A stretch of DNA of 53,081 nt, the filler included, from Catajapyx aquilonaris (lineage: Eukaryota), in NCBI GenBank assembly GCA_000934665.2. It is 2 parts of 2 records of this genome, joined end to end, with 100 filler letters (N's around TTAATTAATTAA, not from the genome) between each part and the next. Parts side by side here need not be neighbours in the genome. Positions count along the whole stretch, not along the records: positions 1 to 26,499 come from JYFJ02005194.1; 1 more part is not named here. One strand, 5' to 3'. The position numbers and the translations under genes are program-made. Below the pieces are notes generated by a model, which worked only from the letters and a program-made list of their open reading frames with translations, had not been told where the DNA came from and made no database searches. Position 1 is the first letter of the stretch. Each line of letters starts with the position of its first letter. Shown here in pieces: positions 10,901 to 22,071 of the stretch.

Positions 10901-13900
10901 TCCAGTCAATAAGCTATACTCAAAAAGTACGAAGAGGATTGTTCTAATCTAATACGGCTGGTTTCGAAAAAAAAAACATTACTATATTAAACTTGGCACA
11001 AAGATTATGTTAAGAAGAAACATTGATGTGACTCTTGGGTTGGTTAACGGTGCAGTGGATACCGTACTGAGTGTTATGTACGACCCGGACACTCCAAAAA
11101 AAAGTAAAATCCATAAAAATTCAACCTTTTTTTCGGATTGGAATACGATTTAGGGCCTGTAAAGAGCAAATTTGAAGTTGCAACAAAAGCATTCGTCTAT
11201 AGAAAACAGTTCCCTATAACGATAGCTTATTCGGCATCACAATTCACAAGAGTCACGGCTCGAGCTTAGACACTGCCCTAATCGACATCGGCTCATCACT
11301 TTTCTGTTGCGGCCAAACCTACGTAGCCTTGGCTCATGTCACAACAATTGACGGAATCCATATAATCAACGTTGACTATACCCAGGTAAAAGCTAACCCA
11401 ATAGAAACTCCTTATACTGGAATACAACAGACTCGGACATAATATTAGACAAATCCTAAAGTAGCCCTCCCAATGTCACGGAAACAAGGTAGATGTGTAT
11501 GATGGGAGAGTTGTTGGTTTGGGGTGTTGGAATAATGTTTGGAAGAGCATGACATGGGCGGCCCTCTTACAAACATGTCATGTGTGTCCTCTGACACTTT
11601 GAAAATAAAAACCTATCAATTCCACACTTATATCGTATTTTCCTGTGCACCGGAGAAAATATCATTCCTTATTTACTGCAACTGCACAAAAAGTCTTGGA
11701 GATCTAACCAAAAACGGACTCGTAAAAAAACCGCCAAGTCCGTAGCCACTCCGCCTAAAAAAGTTGTGAGATCATGGGTGGACATCAAGCCTCTTTGTGA
11801 GACTATAGATTAAGTCAAGTTACTTGGCTCACGATTGGAGACTATAGACTTACAACTCGTAGACTTGGCGCATGGTTCGAGACTATAGACTAAGGTTGAG
11901 CCAATTGGTTCACCGGGCATGAAGAGCAATAGGCGGCTTAATGATAAAATTTAGTAGTTTCTGATCAACCAATGACTGTTACGTGCCTTCCATTTACTGC
12001 TGTAATATCCAGACCGCAATTCCTTAATTAAACCTCGGAATCGGAAAACAGGTTAAGTGAACATCAAAATGACTTAGCACTTATGCACTTGTTGCTCTGA
12101 GCCTCGCTGTACGCCAAACGGAGCGTCGCAGGCCCACCAAACTCGGGTGGTAGGTGCGCCTGGCGAATCCATGACGATACAAGGTGTCACGAATCATCCG
12201 ATACGAGTAGCGAGTGACGAATGGAAGCGGTGTCTTTGACCCCCCACCCTCTGGACACCCCCGTAAAGTTAACCTGTTTTCCGACTCCCATGCGAGTTCG
12301 AGGCCACGTTGACCTCTCTGCAGGTCACAGTGATTGTCGCACCTGGGTTAAAAAAAAATGGTATTTTTCTTGCGGCGAATGCGTACCTATCCCCGGTCTC
12401 ACGATACCGATAGGACAAACGAGTCAAATGCGGCACTGGTTTTTCTTACCCCCATCCCTTTTTTATTTCTGATGCCAATGCCTTATTCTTTTTAGTGTAG
12501 ATACATTTTAAAACAGATAAAGGAATATGGTCAATAAAAGTAACTGGAAACATCAATATATGTCGTGTGGAACTGCTTTTTATACCAAAGCCGCATCAGA
12601 TATCACATAATTGCGTAGGCTACAATGTACAACATATGCTGCTGCATGTTGCTAATGGTGTCGCCAACCGGTTGTGTACAGTACATAGGCGTGCATGTTG
12701 TGTACAGTAGTACACATACCTACACTAAGTATAATCTACTGCACTATAGGCGACATCCCAGGAGGGGGATCAGATAAACCAGTGCCGCATTTGACTCGTC
12801 TGTGCTGTCGGTTTCGTGACACCAGGGATAAGTTCGAATTCGCCGCTAGAAAAACGCTATTTTGGTTTGGTTCAGGTGCGACAATCACTGTGACCTGCAG
12901 AGGGGTCAACGTGGCCTCGAACTCGCATTGGAATCGGAAATAAAAAAGGGATGGAGGTAAGAAAAACCAGTGCCGCATTTGACTCGTTTGTCCTATCGGT
13001 ATCGTGATACCGGGGATAGGTACGCATTCGCCGCAAGAAAAATGCCATTTTTTAAAAACCCAGGTGCGACAATCACTGTGACCTGCAGAGGGGTCAACGT
13101 GGCCTCGAACTCGCATGGGAGTCGGAAAACAGGTTAACTTTACGGGGGTGTCCTGAGGGTGGGGGGTCAAAGACCCCGCTCCCATTCGTCACTCGCTACT
13201 CGTATCGGATTCCTGACACCTTGTATCGTCATGGATTCGCCAGGCGCACCTACCACCCGAGTTTGGTGAGCCTGCGACGCTCCGTTTGGCGTACAGCGAG
13301 GTTCAGAGCAACAAGTGCGTAAGTGCCAAGTCATTTTGAAGTCCACTTAACCTGTTTTTCGATTCCGAGGTTCAATTACAGTATACTCATGTAGTAACAA
13401 ATTCCCCCTTCAAACCATACATGGTGTTTCTCAACTCGCGTCCAAAACTTCTAGTGTGAACTCCTGAGCAACATTGAATCGCCTCACCTGCTCTATGTAA
13501 AGTGATCCACTGGTGCACACGAGTTCAACCACAAAGTTTTGGACACGAGTTGTGAAACACCTTGTACCGGTATAATTCCCCGTGAGCCAAGTCGCTCACC
13601 TTAGTCTATAGTCTCGAACCATGCGCCAAGTCTACGAGTTGTAAGTCTATAGTCTCCAATCGTGAGCCAAGTAACTTGACTTAATCTATAGTCTCACAAA
13701 GAGACTTGGTGTCCACCCATGATCTCACAACTTTTTTAGGCGGAGTGGTTACGGACTTGGCGGTTTTTTTACGAGTCCGTTTTTGGTTAGATACAACTAT
13801 TCTGATAGTAAAAACACCATCATGCATCATCCAGCCTTTATGCGAACACAGGGTGTTTCCTGTAACTCTGTAAAGACTTTCAGGGGCGTTCAGGGGTAAC

Positions 13901-16900
13901 CAAGACAAGTATTTTTGACATAGGAACCAGTGTCTAGAGGGGGTTCATAGACAAGGAACGGGTGCGCTAAGACGCTTCACGCGGGAGGCGCTAGGCGAGC
14001 GGAGTGTTTTGTTGATAGATGGCGAGCAGTTGTTGTCAATTTATAGCATATCGCGCCGTTGTAAGTAAACAAATGACGCTGTAAGCCATAACCTGGCAAC
14101 AACAGAATCGTTGTTTACTATCCGCGCGTCTCCTATAGGAGGCGGACTTTAGTTGCTAGATGGCTCTGCTGTTGCCAGGTTATGGCGCATCGCTTCGGTG
14201 TTTACTACCCGAGCGCCATCTATCAACAAAACAGTCCGCTCGCCTAGCGCCTCCCGCGCGACGCGTCTGAGCGCACCCGTTCCTTGTCTAAGAACCCCCT
14301 CTAGATGGCGTTTCCGGACACGGGTTCATACGACCTATACGTCAAAAATACTTGTCTGGGTTCTGTCTATTACCCCTGAAAGTCTTTACAGAGTTACGGG
14401 AAACACCCTGTATATGAGCTATGAATGAAAAGCACACCGAATGCCGGACAAGTCAGGAAATCTCACTGGTTAGTCTTCAATTCAGGCTCCCGATTCAGAC
14501 TGTGTCATTGACACCCGACACCCGACATAAACAGTTATCTACACTCTATAGCCTAGACTGCCTTTTGTATAGTATAGAGAACTGTTTTGTGTCGGATGTT
14601 TGGTGCCGGTAGTCTGAATCGGGAGATCATCATTAGTCCGCCTGAATTGAAGACTAACCAGTGCGATTTTATGACTTGTCCGGCGCTTTTCATTCCGCAT
14701 AGCTCATATATACGTATAAATTAAGGCTGGATGATGGTGTTTTCCCCAGAATAGTTGTATATTACCAGGCTGTTTTCGAATTCGTCTGCCAAAATAATAT
14801 GGGTGGTATAGGGGGTGCGTATGGTGAAGAAATGGAGTGGGTCCGAAAGGCCGTCGACACTATGTCTTTAGAGGAGATGTCCACCTTTGAGGTTTGACAT
14901 TGACTATGTGCATCCTTACAAATATGGAAACCCCCGTGCATGTCTGCATTACTGGTTGGTGCCAGGCGGTTGAGCAATATTTTGGCAGTGCGATGGCCTG
15001 ACTCCGGCAAACAGCAATGCACCCCCTACAACCGATATCACTTTGGCAGACGAATTAGGGAACACCCTGTATGCAGGTGGGATGACTTACGTAATGTAGT
15101 GCTGTGAAAGCTGACTCCACGGTTAACTTATGTGATGTTGCAATTGAGCCGGGAATGTGTACGAAAATGTGCACCGATCCGCGGTTTTGATTATACTTAT
15201 TATACATTACGTAAGCTGGTCATGCTCATTATGAATAAACTCTTCAGAGTCTGTAATGTGTCTCGTCCCAAGCAGATTACCACAGATTTCATGAAAATCC
15301 CCTTAAGCTGATTATAATGAACTTTGAAACACAGTTGCTCCCATGAGCGAGTCAAAAATATTGCGGGTAATGTTATTTATTTATTTACTTGACTCATTTA
15401 ATTTGCTTTTCCCGTGATATGAACCTGGGATTTTAGGGAGTCACGACCTCTGTATAATGATATTATTATAATATGGTGGTTTTTTGTGCCTATTTTGCTG
15501 TCCACTATTGCAAATTCTATTCCGCATTTCACATCCTAAAATTTTGACAACTATGACGAATGTTAATCTGGATCACGCTTTATAATGATCAGCTATTGAA
15601 GTACTATTGAAGAGATCAGAATAATCTGATTATGGTATTGGGTTGAGGTACTCATCATGGAAATCAGAGCCTCTTTGTAATATCTGCGCACAGCAGTGAG
15701 ACAGGCCATTGGCCCCTGTACCCGGGCCCCAGATATAGCATATCTGCACACAGTGGAAAAGGTGATGGATTAAGTCCTATTAGGCAAGCAACTGTTTCCA
15801 TGGAGGTTTTAACGTGAGACAAACCTACGCTCACCTTTTGAGTTGAAAAGGCGGGTGTATTTCACATGAGTTGTCACAGGGTAGCTCTCTTCTGATTGAG
15901 ACACCAGTTTAAGCCACGCCTGCAATAAAGTTTATTTCAAAGGCTTGTTTCTCATAACCTTTTTGTGCATTATAGAGCAACCTTTCTGAGGTAATTCTGC
16001 AAGTCTCCAAGCAGACAACGCTCCACCACCAGACAAATGGGTTGGGTTTGGGTACAGGCCCCAAGGATGTTCACAATTTGTGGGTGCCGACCCAGAGCCT
16101 TCATCATTTCGATTTCTTGTATGAACTGTCGCCTGTCATCCTCGCTCGTGTTTTCTAATAATACGGGTATAGGAAAGGACGGTTGTCACATCTGGGACTG
16201 TATGTTATGGGACGCGAAGATTATTAACCTTTGAGCATCTTGACTGCCACGGTCTGCCATTGAAGCATCGATTGACGGCCTCGACATTTCATCTGTCCTT
16301 TTTTAACAACTCCAAAGGCTCCTTCGCCTATCACGTCTCCCAGAATCAGCTGATCAAACCCGATTTCATACTTGTCCTCGAAGGCAGGCTTGCCCAGGGC
16401 GTCCAACAGGATCGGGGTTGTGGTAGGTTCCGCCGAGTCTCTTTCCTCCAGAGCCTGAAATTTTAAATTAATAACCAATTAAAAGTTGCCCGGTAAATTA
16501 CAAAGCTCCGTTATTTTATGCATTGATTTTTAGATGACACTCGAAAGTCATTAGTGTAACTTTCGGACGTGCCCGTAACTTCAAGGTTGTGATAATATTG
16601 GAATAATTCTAGGGCTCTCTGGCATTAATTATTATTAACACCAACTCCTACCTGAAAGTATCGGAATAAAGCCTGCCTCCTCATCCTCTTTTGGCGATAC
16701 ATGTGAATACCGTAGCAGGCTGCACCTAATGCCACTACGGGCAGCATGACCATTAGAACAATAAACACCGTCAAACTTCGGCTCATTGACGGGGCCGGTC
16801 CTAAAATGTGTCAAAATATTAAAAATTAATCTGCTGGATGCAACTATGGCCGCTTACTTGGGATCTCAAAGTCCAATTTGGCAGCCTTGCTTTTTTTATT

Positions 16901-19900
16901 GTGTGCAACTGCCGTAATGTGCAGTTGGTAAGGAGTGAGCACCTTCAAATTCTCGTAGGATATAGACGTCTGGTTCTGAGAGAGCGGATAAAAGGAAGGT
17001 GTAATTACTGCTGTGATTATATGAGGAGGCGAAAGTGGATTTATGAAATTGTCTTCGTCGTAAGGGGCTTCTTACAGACTCTCGGATTTTGTGCCTACGC
17101 TTTTGAAAAAGTCAAATAGCGCACTCCCTTTCACCTCGGGAAACCCAACTATAATATACGGCGAAAGTTCAAATATCTCTATAAGCACCAAATAAATACC
17201 AAAGTACAGACTTTGGTTATACAAATATTGTATATTATAATTACCCCAAGGAGGATGTCGTCCTCTTTGGGCATCATGACTGGTATAGACATGTTCTGCA
17301 GGAATGCTCCTTCGCGAAGGAGCACGCGGTATTGTTCCACCACATTTGAATGGCTGGTGTGAAGAGGTTGTTGCCAGGTGATCCGAGCATGTCCCAGCTC
17401 GATATTGACTGGGAACAGTTCTGCTCTCAGGTTCCTAGGAGGTGGAGGAGCTGCGATGTACAAATAAGCATTAATTGCACTAGTTATTTCGTATTGAAAC
17501 GTTATGAGAGATATGTATATATAGAGGGTGATGGATTGTCCAAGCCTCAAAGAGGATGAGGATTGTTTACCCCAACTGATCCAAACAATCCCATAATTTC
17601 TTGGCCATCTTGAACATTGCACTTGGACAATGCACCATCCTGCAGGGTTGTAGTGCGTGTAAGTACTATAGAGGCACTTACCGCATATTTGGAAGCTGCT
17701 GTAAGCGTCCAAGCAGTTTAATGTGATGAAGCTCAGAAATGTCTTGCTGCTCTCGATTCCGTCCCAGTCGAAGTGCTTGGTTACAATAAACATGGAGTAG
17801 TTCCTTCCGAAATCCAATCCTGGTATTTCCATGTTAAAGGCCTTCTCTGGCTGCAAAAAAATATTAAAATACTTCTCAAATTTGCAGTTGCTTTAATAAG
17901 TATGCAAAGGCGTGTTTGTGTCATAGGGAAGCCCCGAACAGCCTTTCGTTTACTGTATAAGTTTACAGTAGCTTCCTTTTACTGTATCCTCCGTGAAATT
18001 AATCTTTTGCTATTTGCTCTTTTTTGTTGTTGAAAATCATGATGAATTTGCAGGCACTCTGTTGAGAATTCTCAATTGATATGAGCCGATGCTGTATGTA
18101 ACTATAAATAGTAAGAATGTTTTAATGAGCGTCTGTCACCTCTGCTATATACGCTGTACAATCCATGTAATCCAAGCCTCCTGGCGTTATTTTACAGCGC
18201 CATGGACTGCTTCTATTAAAAATAATTCTGTAATAAAAGGGGACTATACTCGAAATTTTCCCAAAGCAAAACCGCACAATTCGTTAGGATGAACAATGCA
18301 GAATAACTGTCAATAACTTGGGCATCGTTAAAAATTTCTCAGAATGCAAAGACTTCCCATTCCATAAGAACTGATATCCCCAGGACATTATTGAAGTGAC
18401 CTGTATACTGTACATTATTATTAGCCTGGTATTCTCCTCCAGCAAATAACTCGGGCAATTAAGTAATTTTTCCCCGGGGTACAAAGGCCACTGTACACGG
18501 AAGATGGTCTTCCAGACTTCCCAACATGTGAAATCGACCCTTCCGATTACTTCACTTAGTAATCTAGGTTGGGAGCGACAGTTCTATTTGCTCAGTAACT
18601 GTATTCTGATAATGAACGCATAACTGTAATTGAAGTTGTTAACTCAAGTCCAATTTCGGACATTCTCGATGCTTTCACTTACATCTCTTATTTCCTTGGT
18701 GTTATACTCCTCGTCCTTGGGGTTATGCCAGTAAACAGCATAAAAACAAGTCCTGTCTGTAAAAAAAAAGCCTGTTTTATGCATGTAAAGACCTATTGTT
18801 AAAGATAAGAGCGTCTTTAAGTTTGCGTACTAGTACATGCTAAGTAGTCAAAATACAGGGTACTGTTTCATAATGTTTCAGACTCACTTATATAAAGGCG
18901 TCACCACACCCTCGTTACCAAGATAATCAAGACCAAAGGCACCTAGAGGGATTCACCTCAGAAGGTTGTCTGAATCATTACTAAAGACCCAGCATCTTAC
19001 AGTACAACAAATTAACTATATCAAACCCAGAGGACGCGTATTTTTCTTTCTTTTCACCTGGAGCCGGAGTCCAGCTGATTTTCGCAGTAACCTTGTTTTT
19101 CTCGGGCAGCATCTCTGTCACGACCATTTTCTCCACAGATGCTGGCGGTCGATTTACTGCGGGAAACATCATTTAGTAACTGTAGAAAACTGCGACTATG
19201 CAGATGTCACCTGGCAATGTTGATATCCACGGACTTTCGTGAGTGTTCATGCTTATTCCATCAGCGGTGACGACCGTTAGTTTCCATTTGTAGTCAGTCT
19301 CATCAGACAGTCTGGGTACAGGCACGATTTCTTGCTCGGTCTGCGGAGATTGTAATGTGTGTTAATGCATGCTCCGAAGTGGTTCGATGTCCTGTTAATT
19401 TACATATCCAAGGGTGATCCAGGCGGAGTCGTTTATGCTGCGTTGCTGGAGGACGAATGACAGAGGCTTCCCTGGGTGGTCAGACCCTATGTGCGTTGTC
19501 CATTTTAAGTAAACTGTTGCGTTACCTTCTGCGTATGTTTCTCGGCAGTGAAGGTTAGGTCCGGTCATGGTTATGTTCGCAGATGTTTTTGGGATATCTG
19601 GAGTGAAATATTGGGCTTTGGAAATAAACAAGGTGCAGGCAGACATTTTTACAGGTTGGTGCACTGAAGGCCAGTGTCACCTTCGCTTCTCTGTATTGGT
19701 AATGGCCCGGTGAGCTATATGCCATCGTGCTCTGCTGAACTTTTATCGAATATGGAAGCCGTATACAGTCCATGTCATTTGCTCTGTATGACTGAACTAG
19801 GACTGGCAGGCACTTGTAAGTCTCGTGGAGTTTCACGATGTGCACCATATATATTAATAAGAAAACCCGCGTTTTTTCCAGCTTCTAGTTCATATGGACA

Positions 19901-22071
19901 TCCGTGTTTGTATAGTGTAGATGCTGCATAACATAGATTAAAAGGATTGCTATATTAGCAGAGCTATACGGTACATTCATTGTGATAGACCTGACTTATA
20001 AATTGCATTTTTGTCCTATTTTTTAATTGGCCACATGATGGACCTCTTCTGTCAACAAGTTGGTAAACACTACTATATTTAAACTTGTGCTCTAGGATTT
20101 CCGCTCTAAATATTTCTTTTGCGATTTTTTTTGATACGTAAAATGGCAAACATGCATTTTAAAATCGCTTTTTGATGACAGTTTGTAGTTGAGTATTCCA
20201 CACAACCGACAGCATATAATTATGCATGAATCCATTTGTTCTTGCCTTGTGCTCTAATTGGCCCACGGGAGAGGACGCATCTGCAGTCGCGACAGCTTTC
20301 AGTCAGCACCTGAAAATAGCAAAAATAATAATTTGAATGAATGTTTTTTATTCTCTTCGCATTTGTATAGTGTGGATTGAAGCAATATCGTGAACTATAT
20401 TCTGCAATAAGTGTATATTATCATTTTATTTTTTTTGTTGGTGTAATTGACTTACGCCAGAACTTTGGGCACCTGGGCACAAATGGTGACATATGATAAT
20501 TTGGGAGCACATTGCAGTTGCAGTAGAATTTAACTCTAGATTAAATGATGGGAGTTAATTATTTGCTTCTCTCTAACTACTCCAAAAAAGTAGAGTTACT
20601 TACGCAGTGATTTGACTTGGTGAATGGTCTCGTCTTGCTGTCTGCATCTCGGAAGCACTGAAAAATTGTACGCCAATTTATGTGACGCCTCACAGCTACA
20701 ATGCATGAGCGATGTAGGTTTAGGGATCTTATAAGATCGAAGTGTATATGTAGTCTCTTTTGCTTCAATAAATCTTGTAAAGAGCAGCGCAGTCGAGGAT
20801 AGGCTACTTTAAGTGGGTTTCTTCAAATGAACTGATTTTACCGATTTGCGAAATTTGCGCTGCGTGCTATTAATCAGTTACTTCCAAACTTTGCCTTTAG
20901 GAGCATAGAAATTACTGTTAATAAGGTATTAATTTTATGGAATATTGGATTGAGAAAGAGAACTACTTAAAAGTTGAAGGGGTTCAAGGATCAATCCTTA
21001 TTGTTTCGGGCTCGCAGCTATGGATCCCATTTGTTGTGTCGGAAAGAAAAGGTAGTAGAAATAGCGGGTCACCTTGCTGACATATTGTGATGGAAATACA
21101 CACAATAAGTGTCGCCGCCTGGCCGTAAATGTGATTTACCCATTCCACGTTCACCTTGAGTGTGAGGCAAAACTTGATGGAATGATGTTACCTCGTACAT
21201 TACGAAGTCAGACAAGTTTCTCGACCTCTCACATGTGTATGATATGGAGTATATATTTCATGTATGCAATTTTACAATTCATAGTCCCTTGCATTCTCTC
21301 TGCCGGATAATATCCTCGCCATTTTTATTATTCTCCCAAACATCTCGAATAGTATGAGAATCTAAAAAGCGTTGTTGCCTCTCTTCATATGCATCTGAAT
21401 ACTTGAGTATTCAGCACTAACGCGTCACTAGAACCGAATTCATTGTTCAGTTATTTGCCAAAATGTGACATAATCATGCCTGGCCAATCGAATGGACTAA
21501 TTTTGCTGCCATTGTGGTCACCACATATGACGCATGGACAGGATCGAAAATAACGCGTACCACACTGGACAAGAATAGCGCCATTGAGGCGACAACACAT
21601 TCTTTAGAACGCCCCACAGCATTAAACAAATGGGTTACAATGCTTGTCCTTTGATGTGATCTAACCCGGTCATCACAACCAACGCCGCTCTATATGCTCA
21701 TGGTCAGTGCAGGACCTAAAAAAACTGGCACACGTGTGAAGGAACCCTGTATGAATAGTGTTCAATAAAGATCAAGGAAAAACTTGTAGGTTAAATTCCA
21801 GGGCAGATGAGATTTTGGTCTCCGTATAGTTACCGAAAGTTATCCTGGTAGATATGCGTCCCTCTGAGCAACCTTGCCCTTTTCAGCTACTTGTATTATA
21901 TACCAGTGTTATACCGTCCAGTTTTAATATAATTGCCCTTTTATTCTGAGGAAATTCATTAAAAATAACCATTACCTGGTCGCATGAATCTCCGCCGCAC
22001 TCTGCACACTGCTGCATCTCACGAGAGTAGGTTTCACTCGAATTTTTCAAGTTGGATTGAGCAGCTTCATC
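7989..22071 (-). CDS. tor: Torso-like receptor tyrosine kinase (Cys-rich + FN3 ectodomain, TM, split kinase); 5' end unresolved. Confident exons: 19404-19597 (acceptor may be further upstream), 19211-19340, 19058-19156, 18683-18756, 17682-17850, 17245-17450, 16858-16975, 16652-16800 (TM), 16229-16454, 15982-16154, 15835-15919, 9133-9368, 8846-9060, 8393-8530, 8146-8316, 7989-8079. Probable exons: 21976-22071, 20604-20657, 20246-20309
   Basis: Kinase motifs [48 protein letters not shown] and [12 protein letters not shown] segment [23 protein letters not shown] followed by RQKRMRR. Ectodomain [23 protein letters not shown] resembles the Torso C-x9-CAP..P.NL hinge. Splice phases are consistent. 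The RTK call is secure; Torso orthology is inferred. Confidence 0.78.
10455..10593. repeat. Degenerate tandem repeat (~47-bp unit with (TTGTTGATCGA)-like subunits)
   Basis: GATTGTTGAT(G/T)(A/C)ACTAACAAT recurs three times. Confidence 0.7.
10630..11460 (+). pseudogene. Decayed Pif1-family helicase from a Helitron/Helentron-type rolling-circle element
   Basis: Frameshifted fragments [23 protein letters not shown] (~10990-11057), [30 protein letters not shown] and [10 protein letters not shown] (~11200-11340) match Pif1 C-terminal motifs. Stops and frameshifts are present. Confidence 0.85.
11702..13792. repeat. Large inverted repeat: 11702-11918 / 13578-13792 and 12025-12481 / 12925-13378
   Basis: Reverse-complement match read directly. 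The ORF track shows near-identical peptides (..[25 protein letters not shown]..) on opposite strands at 12221 (+) and 13185 (-). Confidence 0.95.
13420..13564. mobile_element. 145-bp Tc1/mariner-type MITE
   Basis: TIRs CATGGTGTTTCTCAACTCGCGTCCAAAACTT / AAGTTTTGGACACGAGTTGTGAAACACCTTG, flanked by TA. Confidence 0.8.
13791..14760. mobile_element. Palindromic (foldback) element interrupted by a nested MITE
   Basis: Ends ATACAACTATTCTG / CAGAATAGTTGTAT. The internal part 14411-14710 is self-complementary (e.g. CACTGGTTAGTCTTCAATTCAGGC / GCCTGAATTGAAGACTAACCAGTG). Confidence 0.75.
13849..14410. mobile_element. 562-bp Tc1/mariner-type MITE with long inverted arms
   Basis: CAGGGTGTTTCCTGTAACTCTGTAAAGACTTTCAGGGG at the left end and its near-perfect reverse complement ending CACCCTG-TA at the right end. 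Arms extend ~250 bp. Confidence 0.88.
14766..15069. mobile_element. Diverged Tc1/mariner-type MITE
   Basis: CAGGCTGTTTTCGAATTCGTCTGCCAAA ... TTTGGCAGACGAATTAGGGAACACCCTG-TA. Confidence 0.75.

Noticed and set aside
11799..11918. CRISPR-like repeat-spacer appearance
   Set aside because: Only three 13-bp cores, spacers partly homologous to each other, no cas genes, and a eukaryotic intron context.
12221..13185. Duplicated small protein genes (83 aa on +, 149 aa on -)
   Set aside because: These are translations of the two arms of the inverted repeat, with no domain or splice support.
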